From Leucoraja erinacea (taxonomy: Eukaryota), in NCBI RefSeq assembly GCF_028641065.1, contig NC_073402.1, positions 26,226,001 to 26,290,000 on the forward strand: a DNA stretch of 64,000 nucleotides, read 5' to 3'. The position numbers and the translations under genes were made by a program. The notes under the pieces are model-generated. The model did no database searches. It was not told where the DNA came from and saw only the letters and a program-made list of their open reading frames with translations. Every line of letters begins with the position of its first letter. The first letter of the stretch is position 1. This document shows, piece by piece, positions 25,601 to 36,463 of this stretch.

Positions 25601-27587
25601 GATAGCGGGCCCCACAGATGTCGCACTCGTACATCAGCCCCTTCACCCTCGGCCCTTTCTTGGCCCTCCTGGCGGGCTCGGCCTCGGCCTCTCCATGCTC
25701 CTCCCCGACCCCGGGCCTCTCCTTGGCCGCCTCCCCCCCTTCCTCCTCCACTGCCTGGTACTCCATGCCCGAGGGCAGCTCGATGGCCTTCTGCCTCTTC
25801 AACATGCGGTGGTGGGTGATCAGGCCCTGGCTGAAGGCCTGGTCCGGCTCCGTGGTCCGGTCGTCGAACGAGTGGCTGCCCTTGAAGGCGGCGGGCGCAG
25901 TGCAGGAGGTGCCGGCCGACGGCATGGAGTTGCTCCTGGTCAGGGGCACGGTCTCGGTCAGGCCTGTGTGGCCGCGGTGGGCGAGCCTGCTGGCCTCCGG
26001 ACACAAGGCCTGCTTGGGGTCGAAGTGGAAGGAATCCCTGGAGGTGCCGGGCTTGGGCGACTCGATGCTTCCCCTCCTGGAGAGGGAGGTGCGGCGGGGC
26101 TTGACGCTGTCGATCTGCCGGGTGTCCACCACCGCCTCGTTGATGGTGATGAGTTTGGTGATGTGCTCGATGACATTCTGCTCCATCTGGGCCTTGGGCA
26201 GGGAGAAGGAGAGGCCCGACGGCTTGTCCTCCATGGCCGGCGGAGGCAGCCTGAGCCTGCTGTGGGTGGCGCTGGCCGCGATCATGGCAGTCCTCTGGCC
26301 GTAGCGCCCGTACTTGCCCAGGATGATCTCGGCGTACGACTTGGCGCTGGCCTGCGGCGGGCTGAGCTGCTGCTGCTGCTCGGCACTCTCCGACCTGGAG
26401 AAGTAGCCCGACTCCGTGCTGCCTTTGCTGCCCCCCGGGCTCAGGAAGGTCTGAGTCTGCTCGTCCGCGGCCAGCGCCTTCCTCCTCTCGCTCAGGCGCA
26501 GGGCCAGCCTCTGCTTGATGGTGTGAGAGTCGTCCGGCTTGTGGCTGTAGGAGAGGTCCAAGGAGGAGGACTCCGAGAGGTGGCAGCCTTCGTCCAGGGA
26601 CGACGACGACGACGGCTCGCCCGGCTGAGCCAGGGTGAAGGCCGGCTGCCTGGGGCTGGCCTCCGGAGGGCCGAAGGAGCTGCAGCCGGGAATGTGCTTG
26701 TGCTTGGACGGGGGGTCGAGCGAATGACCCGGCGGCATCCCGACCGTCTCATCCTCGGAGTCTGTGCTTTCGTCTCCCTCCGTCTGCTCCTCGGGCTCGT
26801 CCCCGCTCAGCTTCTCCGCGTCCAGGCCCGAGGTGCCCGGGTAAGGCTCCCCCATGGAGCCCGGCACCAGCCCAGCCTTCAGCTTGTGGGCGTGAGACTT
26901 CCTGTGCTTGTACAGGTTGCTCTTGGTCTTGAATGAGAAGCTGCAGGAGTGGCAAGGGTAGGGCCGCTCCCCCGTATGCGACCTGATATGTTTCTGGAGG
27001 ACGCTGGGCTTGGCGCAGGGGCGGCTGCAGAACTGGCAGATGTACTTGCCCGGCTTCTGGGGCTTCTTGTCCTTCCTGGGCAACTCGTCTGCTTTCAAGG
27101 GGACCTGCCCTGAGTGGTGGCCGTGGACGGGTTGGGCTGGTTGAGGCTCCTCCTTGGCCACGATGGGGGAGCGGGAGGGGAGAAGATGCCGGTGGGGGTG
27201 GAGGCCGGAGGGGTGGAAGGGAGCGGACACCATGGGACCTCTGGGGTCGAAGAGCTGCCAGGATCTCCCTTCCAGACCGAGCTCCGGCTTAACCGCAGCC
27301 ATGAACGCCGAGGCCATGGGTTGCTGCAGGAGTTGCGGTGAGCTGTGGTGGACCTGCTCGTAGGAGGAGTAGGAGCTGGGGTGTTCCGTCTGATCGGGCG
27401 CCAGGACCTGTTGATGGGCAGGAACGGGCAAGGCGCCAGAGAAGCAGGGCTGCAGCTGGCCCGGGTGGTAAGCAACGGTTGACCTCCCAGCCGAGGGACC
27501 AGCTTCAATCTGGCTCGACTTCCTGCTAGGGCTGTGCTCGGACCTCCCTGTACTCTTCTGCTGGGCAGAGCTCGACTCGGGCTCCAT
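22629..27587 (-). CDS. HIVEP3: HIVEP3/Schnurri-3 large first coding exon (1653 codons): N-terminal C2H2 zinc-finger pair, central CCHC finger, acidic/Ser-rich regions
   Basis: The ORF matches human HIVEP3 as I recall it, block by block: [144 protein letters not shown]. ATG context is gtcATGg. The donor GAG|GTAAGG after 22629 is phase 0; the ORF track runs on into the intron. Confidence 0.95.
25560..25631 (-). other. HIVEP3: Isolated CCHC zinc finger of HIVEP type
   Basis: [24 protein letters not shown]. Confidence 0.9.
26886..27044 (-). other. HIVEP3: N-terminal C2H2 zinc-finger pair (ZAS-N)
   Basis: [31 protein letters not shown]. Confidence 0.93.
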
Positions 27588-27909
27588 GACCCAGGGAGAG
27601 GCTTCACGTTCGTCTCTGCGGAACGGCGGCAGGATTCATTTGCTAAATGTCCGCTGCTCTTTAGACTCTCTCTGCCCAGCTCACATCTGCTGGCAATGGT
27701 CGCCGAGTTGAAACGCAGACACAACGTCCCTGCCTGATAACGATCCAAAGAACCAGCGATGCTTGCTTTTAAGTTCACTTCATGGCGAGTCCCTTTGTAG
27801 ACGATTATCAATCGCGCACAATGTCAAGATTGTCATTCCAAACAACTTTTCCAGGACCTTCTTTAAAGCTTCTTTTTCCTTCCATTATAACCTGGCGTTG
27901 ACCCTGATC
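27588..27909 (-). other. HIVEP3: 5'UTR part of the large HIVEP3 exon, containing five uORFs
   Basis: Acceptor ttgctttatcttgcag|GATCAGG at 27910/27909. Unique sequence contiguous with the ATG. Confidence 0.75.
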
Positions 27910-28009
27910 CTGCAAGATAAAGCAATGGACCGCAGAGTCAGTGATTGCATTTGTACGGCACACCTTCCAATATCTTTAATCCACCACAACATCTCCCTCG
28001 GGTTTAGTT

Positions 28010-28490
28010 TAAACTCCCATTCCCACACTGACCTTTCTGTCCTTGGTCTCCTCCACTGTCAGAATGGGGCCACAAGCAAAGTGGAGGAACAGCACCTTAT
28101 ATTTTGCTTGGCAGCTTACAACCCAATCGTATGATAATTGATTTCTCTAATTCCAAGTAACCATTGCATCCCCTCTCTCCCTGTCCCTCCCACACCTTAA
28201 TTGTCCTGTTAGTTTCACTGTTTATCTGCCTTTGTTATCGCATCTTCCACAGCCAACAAGGGACCATTGTGGTCTCCACCTTTTCTGGGTCATCTGTGCT
28301 GTCTCTGATTTGTTCTGTATTATTTCATACCTCTAGATTCCATCTACCCTGACTCTGTCTGAAGAAGGGCCCCGACCCGAAATGTCACCTATTCCCTTTC
28401 TCCAGAGATGCTGTCTGACCCGCTGAGCTACTTCAGCATTCTGTGTCTATCTTCGGTGTAAACCAACAAACTGCAGTTCCCTCCTACACA
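28010..28490 (+). mobile_element. Penelope-like element 3' fragment: GIY-YIG endonuclease C-terminus plus pseudo-LTR with hammerhead-like core
   Basis: Translates as NSHSHTDLSVLGLLHCQ..KVEEQHLIFCL, then frameshifts, resembling the PLE GIY-YIG tail (H..L.V.GL....R...E..LIF.L..LQP.G.N). A pyrimidine-rich UTR follows, then CTGAAGAAGGGCCCCGACCCGAAATGTC at 28359-28386. Confidence 0.75.
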
Positions 28491-28988
28491 TTTAGGTATA
28501 TCATTGCCATGTGTACTGAGGTACAGTGAAAAGCTTTGTTTTGCATGCTCTTCAATCAATTCTGACAATAAATATGATCAGACCAACTCAAGTGCAATAA
28601 GTAGACCAAAGGGAGAGATACAGTGTAGAATATATGTCTAAGCATTGTAGTGCATCGATTCCAGAGAAAATGTCCAATATACAATGAGGTAGGTTGGAAG
28701 ATTGGGACAGTACCCTTGCTTATGGAAGGACTGTTTGGAAGCCTGATAAGAGAGGGGAAGAAGCTGTTCCTGAGTCCGGTGGTGCGTGTAATCAAGAGAG
28801 AGCCAAGAGCGTTTAATTGTCACAAAAACTGACACTGAATTTGCAGCAGCAGCATAAAAGTCTTGTAATCACAACATTCATAGATGACATAGCATAAACA
28901 AAACAAAAATAATAAATGAATAATCCCAATACTAGTGCAAAAACGCCCAAAGTCCTTAGTGCAACCAAAGTAGTCCATAGTTTAGTAA

Positions 28989-29147
28989 AGGGGCTGTCCC
29001 ACTGTGGCGACCTTATCTGCGAGTTTAGAAGAGTTTGCCCTCGACTCACTCGTAGCATGGTCGACGCGAGGTCCTAGGGGATCCTATGAGGTCACTGGAA
29101 CTCTCCATCATGCTCAAGAGAAGTTCCCGCATACTCGCGGCCTCAGC
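28989..29147 (+). mobile_element. Truncated Harbinger-like DNA element
   Basis: Begins TAA|aggggctgtcccact, the same terminal motif as the 49856 MITE. Confidence 0.5.
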
Positions 29148-29149
29148 AA

Positions 29150-29261
29150 ATGTGCACTTTAACCACATGTGATTTTTTTTCTATTACAATCTCAAATTGT
29201 GGAGTACAGAGGCAAATAAATAAATGATGGGTCTTTGTCCCAAACGTTATGGAAGGCACTG
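29150..29261 (+). mobile_element. Tc1/mariner-like right terminus fragment
   Basis: Ends ..ttatggaaggcactg (reverse complement CAGTGCC, a Tc1-type TIR start), preceded by AT-rich sequence with aataaa. Confidence 0.45.
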
Positions 29262-31094
29262 TGTCCTTTTTCTCCAGAGATGCTGCCTGACCCGCTGAGT
29301 TACTCCAGCACTTTGTACTTTTCTTTTGAGAATAAAGTGTCCAACCACTTCCTCAGTAACTCTTACATCTACACATGGTGGGAGGTCACATAAGACTAGA
29401 TTATTTTTGCAGTAATAACAAGAGCTTAAGTCTATACTTGATGGCAGGTAGCATGTTCTTGATGCTAATTAAGTTCTGACAGTAAAGCCAGTTGGCATTG
29501 GATCTACCGCGGGCATTGGTGTAGGAGGATGTTTGGCACACGGTGCCATGTCACACCAAAGTCAACCGGTGGTCACCATGACCCTGATCCTTTCTTGCTA
29601 AGCTCAAGGGTTTACCATAACCGTGGTATAATTAGCAACCGTCACTAACCAGATCTTTGGAAAGGAGACGAGAAGGGATTTATTTCGTCAGAGCGTGGTG
29701 CATCTGTGGAATTCATTGCCACTGACGGCTGTGGAGGCCATCAATGGATATTTTTAAGGTGGTCATTGACAGATTCTTAATTAGTATGGGTTTTTGGGCG
29801 AAGGCAGGAGAATGGGGTTGAGAGGGAAAGATGGATCAGCCATGATTGAATGGCAGAGTAGACTTGATGGGCCGAATGGTTTAATTCTGCTCCTAGACCT
29901 TATGAACTTGAACTAAATCTCAACGATGAACATTTCTTATAATAATTTATATTTCAATGCCTGAAAAGGCAGTGGAAGCAATTGCAATTGAGGTTTCCAT
30001 ACAAAACTTGTATGCAAGAGCGCACACAGAACCCTCTGAAAGGCCTTGCTGTAATCCATTATGTCTATGTCTACAGCCTTGCCCTCATCAACCTTACATA
30101 GAAACATAGAAATTAGGTGCAGGAGTAGGCCATTCGGCCCTTCGAGCCTGCACCGCCATTCAATATGATCATGGCTGATCATCCAACTCAGTAACCCGTA
30201 CCTGCCTTCTCTCCATACCCCCTGATCCCCTTAGCCACAAGGGCCACATCTAACTCCCTCTTAAATATAGCCAATGAACTGGCCTCAACTACCCTCTGTG
30301 GCAACCCTTCATGGTTGTTTAGTTTAGAGATACAGCGTGGAAACAGGCCCTTCGGTCCACCGAGTGAGGGATGAAACTGGAGCTTCTGGAGAAAATCCAC
30401 GCAGGACACAGGGAGAACGTACGGACTCTGTACAGACAGCACCCATAGTCAGGATCGAACTCGAGTCTCAGGTGCTGCAAGGCAGCAACTCTCCCGCTGT
30501 GTTACCGTACCCCCAGTGATATTAAAAAACTCAATAAAATTCATGAGACATGATATCCAACCTATAAAATCATAATCTCTAGTTATCCCTTTTTCTCTTA
30601 ATATACTGGCAGAATCTCTTTGGATTCCCCTCAATCTTCAGCCATGATCATATTGAATGGCGGTGCAGGCACAAAGGGCTGAATGGCCTACTCCTGCACC
30701 TATTTTCTATGTTTCTATCTTAATTGCCAGAACTATCTCATGTCCTTTTTCGTCCGCCTGATTTTCTTTAGTGTGTTCCTCTATCTCCAGTACTATGGGG
30801 ACATTTCCTGACCAGAGCCTCAATTTCTCTCATCCTCCAGGGTTCCGTACTCCCACCTGCCTTGTCCTTCACTCTTATATTCCTGAACTCTCACTATTAC
30901 ATTTCTGAAAGCAATTCACTTTGCAGACATCTCCGTGCCTGCAAACTACGCCAATCAACTTTTGAGAGTTCATCACATTACAAAGGAGCATAGCATAGAA
31001 ATAGGTGGCTCTTTGGCCTTTGCTCAATGCTGGTGTTTATATTCCATTTTCTGCTCCAACACCTCCTTCCATTTAGGCACGGCAGCACAGACCT

Positions 31095-31957
31095 CCGTAA
31101 GAACAGTGCAGCCCCCAAACCCCTATTCATCAATGGGGACTGTGTGGAAAGGGTCTCAGACTTCAAATTCCTGGGCACACAAATTACGGAGGATCTCTCT
31201 TGGACTACAAACACCACCACAGCAGTCAAGAAGGCCCAGCAGCAACTCTACTTTCTGAGGATCCTTTAGGAAAAATAGCATAGAAATGGGCGGAGAAGAT
31301 GCTGGTTTATATTCCATTTTCTGCTCCTTCTTCCATTTAGGCACCAGCATAGACTATTCATCAATGGGGACTGTGTGGAAAGGGTCTCAGACTTCAAATC
31401 GACACAAATTACGGAGGATCTGTGCTGGTGTAAACTGTATAAAGGCCAAGCATGGTATGCCAGCACAACTCTGCAGCGGACAGGAGAGCCCTTCAAAGGG
31501 TCATCAACACCGCACAAAAAATCACTGGCTGCCCACTGCCCTCCCTCCCTGAAGGACATCTTCAGCTCTCGCTGCCTTGGCAGGGCAGCCAACATCCTGA
31601 AGGACCCCTCCCACCCTGGACACAACCTGTTCCACCTGCTGCCCTCTGGCAGACGGTACAGGTCTTTCAAAGCTCGCACAAACAGACTCAGAGACAGCTT
31701 CTACCCCATAGCCATACATGAACTTAACATTGCAAAATAAGAAATAACACTCACATTCAACTGAATGGTTCTACCTCAGCTGCTATTGTTATTTATCTGT
31801 AATTTTTTTTAATATGTATATATTTTTACCTTTTTTTATATATTTAAAATTGCTCTTGTGAATCGCACCGTGGGATTGACTTTTAAATTTTGTTGTACCG
31901 TGTGCAATGACAATAAAGAGATAGATTCATGCATTCATTCATTCATTCATTCATTCA
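31095..31957 (+). mobile_element. Rex1/Babar-type 3' fragment with a scrambled internal duplication
   Basis: INGDCVERVSDFKFLG..KAQQQLYFLR; HPGHNLFHLLPSGRRYRS..SFYP. (catt)n tail. Confidence 0.85.
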
Positions 31958-32278
31958 AATCATAGCGGTAGTGTTGATGCCTCACAGCACCAGAGACCCG
32001 GGTTCGATGTTGACTATGGGTACTGTCTATACGTAGTTTGTACGTTCTCCCCGTGACTGCGTGGGTTTTCCCCGGGTGCTCCGGATCCCTTCCACACTGC
32101 AGAGACGTACAGGTTTGTAGGTTAATTGGCTTCGGTAAAAGTGTAAATTGTCAGTGCGGTCAGTGTGGACTGGGTGAGCCGAAGGGCCCGTTTCTGCACT
32201 GTAGATCTAAACCAAACTAATCTCTCGTTCCACTTCACCAGCGACCACGAGTGAACAAGCAAGGTGCCTTATCCTGTA

Positions 32279-32461
32279 TAAGAAGGAACTGCAGATGCTG
32301 GAAAACCGAAGGTAGACAAAAGTGCTGGAGAAACTCAGCGGGTGCAGCAGCATCTAAGGAGCGAAGGAAATAGGCAACATTTCGTCCCGAAACCTTGCCT
32401 ACTTCCTTCGCTCCTTTGATGCTGCTGCACCCGCTGAGTTTCTCCAGCACTTTTGTCTTCT
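32279..32461. mobile_element. PLE-derived palindromic element, family P2
   Basis: Inverted arms. TSD tgcc(t/g)atcctgta-type, 14 bp with one mismatch, at 32265-32278 and 32462-32475. Confidence 0.8.
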
Positions 32462-35400
32462 TGCCTGATCCTGTAGTTGGGCGCAGGCGAAAATGTGCCA
32501 CCACTACCTCTAGGGATCTGGCCGTGCCTGCCAGATTTTTAATGTATATTGGAGGAAAATTAATGAGGAGCACACTCAGATCAGCCGAACACTTTGACTC
32601 TGACATCAGGAGGAGAATGGGGAGTGCAGGGGAGAGATAAGACTTTGTCTTCCATCACAGCGAGGAGGAGATTCGCTGCGATGGATGTTTGTGTAAATTG
32701 TGTTGTGTCTTGGTCCTTCCACGTTTGTACGACTGCAGAAACCAAATTTCGTTTGAACCTCAATGAGGTTCAAATGACAACAAATAAATTGTATCACTGG
32801 CGGAGGCATGCAGATCCCAGAGGCCCACGTTAGGTCTGGGAATGTGGGACGCGGTGCTCGTGGATAAAGAACCGGTGACTCTCTCCATCCACACAGCAAC
32901 CTTCCAGGAAGGAAACTGCCTCAAGGTGCTTCTCTGGAGCCTGATCAACTGACACCGATCCACGCAGGCAGAAGCCACTTCTGCATTTCCACACCTGCAA
33001 GTGTGAGAACCACAAGCTACCGTCAGCGACTCATCGCTGTGCACTGACACTGAACGCCACTTGGGAATTCAGTAAGGGGAGCGAGAAGCTGCAGCACCTT
33101 ACTGCACCCTCTTACTCGAGAATTCACCCAAGCAGACAGTCTGAACCTCCCCCCCCCCCAGTGTGGAAATATCAACGACTAGCAGGCATAACGTGAAGGT
33201 GAGAGGCAGGGTTTAAAGGTGATGCTTAGTTTAGAGAACCAAGGTGGAAAAGGGAGAGCGGGGGGGGATGGGGAAAGACCTCTGCTCTTTAGCTTGCTAT
33301 ATAACTATATAACAATTACAGCACGGAAACAGGCCATCTCGGCCCCTCTAGTCCGTGCCGAACACTTATTCTCCCCTAGTCCCATCTACCTGCACTCAGA
33401 CCATAACCCTCCATTTCCATGTACCTATCCAATTTATTTTTAAATTATAAAATCGAACCTGCCTCCACCACTTCCACTGGAAGCTCATTCCACACAGCTA
33501 CCACTCTCCGAGTAAAGAAGTTCCCTCTCATGTTACCCCTAAACATCTGTCCCTTAATTCTCAAGTCTTGTCCTCTTATTTGAATCTTCCCTACTCTCAG
33601 TGGGAAAAGCTTATCCACGTCAACTCTGTCTATCCCTCTCATCATTTTAAAGACCTCTATCAAGTCCCCCCTTTACCTTCTGCGCTCCAATACCCTCCCA
33701 CGGAAAGGGCTGAGGCTCTGGGATTTCTTCCATCAACCTCTCTACCTCAGACCTTGATCTCCCTAAACATACAGCAATCAATCCTACAAATCGTATTATA
33801 AAAATTGAGCGGTAGAGTTGCTGCTTTACAGCGCTGGAGACACGGGTTTGATCCCGACTACGCGTTCTGTCTGTACGGAGTTTGCACGTTCTCCCCGTGG
33901 CCTATGTGGCTTTTCTCCGGGATCTTCGGTTTCCTCCCACACTCCAAAGACGTTTGGGTTTGTAGGTTAATTGGACTGTTATAATTGTAAATTGTCCCTA
34001 GAGTGTCGGATTGTGCTAATGTGCGGGGATTGTTGGTCGCCGCGGACTCGGTGGGCCGAAGGGCCTGTTTCCGATCTGTATCTCTAAACAAAAACTATGC
34101 CCTCTGGTCCTCGTGAATGCCCCTTAACCTCAACCTTTCACCATTTGAGTGCGTTTTCTGGCTTCGGTTTTGACAATCCTGCTCATATTACACACAAACC
34201 TTGACATGGAATAGGAAAGGTTTATAGGCAAATGGGACCCGTTTAGATGGGGCATCTTGGTTGGCACCGAATGGCCTGTTTCTGCCCTTCGATGCATGTT
34301 TCCTTAGTGTGTGGCTAGCTCTTCTCCAAAGCAAGCCAATTCCGAGTTACTCCAGCTTTTTGTGCCTGTTCTTGGTTTAAACCAGCATCTGCAGTTCCTT
34401 CCTGCACATCTCGTCTGCTCCACTGTAAAAATATCTTCAATGTATGCCAACTTTGAAGAAATTCTCCTCCTCTCTCTGACAAGAATAGTGCAAGATCCTC
34501 TCTCGCTGCTCCCTCTCTGCGATTCCTCCTGTTCATATCTTTCATTAATTTGTTCTACATCTGGCTATATCTCCCGTTTCCCTTTCCCCTGACTCTCAAG
34601 GGTCTAGACCCGAAACGCCACCCATTCCTTTTCTCCAGGGATGATGTCTGACCCACTGAGTTACTCCAACTTTTTGTGTCTGTATCTTGAGTTATTTTAA
34701 GGGATGGGCAGGCAATGAGAACCATGGTGGTGTTTTGCAACTGGCTTGCATCAGTTGCCATGCATTACTGCAATGCGATGCCTTAGCAATGCTGATCGAG
34801 TGTGCGTCATGGGTCACTGAGCCCTTGGAACGCTCTATCCTCGCACCTGGACTGGAGCTATACCAGACACGTGCAGTCTGTAGACAACCACTGCTCCAAA
34901 TTCAGAAGCTTAAGTGAGATTATTTCAATGGTTCCTTTATTATCACATGTACCAAGGTACAGTGAAATTCTCTATTTGCATACAGATCAGAAGGTTATTG
35001 TCCTACACGAGTACATAATACGCTGGCTTTACTTTGCACTACATTCCCTTATCATATATCCATGCACTGTAAATGCTCGATTGTAATGTATTTATCTGCT
35101 GACTGGATAGCATGCAACACAAGCTTTTCACTGTACCTCGGAACACATGACAATAAACAAAACTGACAAACAGCCCACTGAGTCTATATGCAATTGTGAT
35201 GAGGTTTTGCTACCATTTCACAGTCCCTCCTCACTGGCCCTTTCTCTAGAGTCCGACACCGTCACCCTCCACCTCCTCACTGATTCCAGGTCTATGGGGG
35301 CGGGCAGTTACGATAGTCACCGAAGCCAATTAACCTCCAAACCTGCATTTCTTTGGAGTGTGGGAGGAAACCGGAGCACCCGGCGAAAGCCCCACGCGGT

Positions 35401-36079
35401 CACAGGGGGAAACGTACAAACTCTGTGTAGACAGCACCCATTGTCAGGATCGAACCCGGGTCTCTGGCGCTACGAGGCAGCAACTCCACTGCTGCGCCAC
35501 CGTGCCGCCAGTAATGCAGTGTGCATCCTATTAATACAACTGGCTGCAGAATACAATTCACTGCAATGAGAACACTCGCTGTTAAAAGTCCATTATTATT
35601 GCAGCAAACCTCACAGCAAGCACTACCTGCTGCACTGGTGCAAGGCTTGGTTGTCCCCAGGTGGGGAAGGATTTGTTGGAATAGCACACAAACAAAGCTG
35701 TTCATTGTATCTCAGTGCACGTGACAGTAAACCAATAGCAAATCGCCAACTTTAATCCTGGAGTTTTAAAACCAGTAACAAGCACCACCAGTAAGTTATG
35801 CTCTCGAATTTCTGAACCAACTTGTCAATCGCTGTGCTACCCACAGCCAACAAAACCATCACCCACTTCTTTTATCCTTGGTCATTCATGATTTCTCAAC
35901 CTGATAATCTTACCCAATGATTCCTAGTGAATCTAAAATGGATGTTAGTTTTGAACTGCAGGTAAACCGAGCTGTTTGGGAGGTTTCAAGGGGTTGAGCA
36001 TAAAGCTTTTTCACTGTAGCCCAGTACACGTGACAATAAACTAAACTGAAACAGCAGTTTGAACTCAACTTATGAAGAT

Positions 36080-36305
36080 GTGCAAAGGAGAGAGAGGGAG
36101 GGAGGTGGGGGGGGGAACAAGACAGGAGAGGGAACGAGGATAGTTAGGACAGGGAGGCGGAAATTAGAGAGGGAGGGGGAGATGGAGGGAGCAGTGCGAG
36201 AGGGAAAGTGCAAAGGAGGCAGCGAGAGAGAGATGGAGAGCAGGAGGTTCAGGAGAGGGAGGGACGAGGTGAGAGAGAGAGAGAGGGAGGGAAGGAAGGC
36301 GAAGA
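36080..36305 (+). repeat. GA-rich low-complexity purine tract
   Basis: Mostly G and A for about 220 nt. Confidence 0.85.
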
Positions 36306-36415
36306 GGTTTATTTGCCACTAATCACCACTTAGAGCAAATAGATGAACATCAATTATAACAACATTCTATTTCCGTGATCACACCCAGTGCATATGATTG
36401 AAACAAGTCCTGTAC

Positions 36416-36463
36416 CTGTTGTTCCTGAACTTGGTTCTGTACAAGGTGTCGTCTTTGTTATGT
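36416..36463 (-). other. Candidate 48-nt non-coding 5'UTR exon of HIVEP3
   Basis: tcgttttccgtttgcag|ACATAAC...CAACAG|gtacag within a repeat-free island. No transcript evidence is available. Confidence 0.35.

Noticed and set aside
23100-26936. Long plus-strand and alternative-frame ORFs (for example 25428-26936, 502 aa; 23737-24990, 417 aa; 23100-24029)
   Set aside because: These are shadow ORFs caused by the high GC of the HIVEP3 exon. They have G/R/A/P-rich composition and no recognisable domain.
27095-27811. 238-aa ORF overlapping the HIVEP3 start
   Set aside because: It starts at TTG in an alternative frame, with no recognisable homology.
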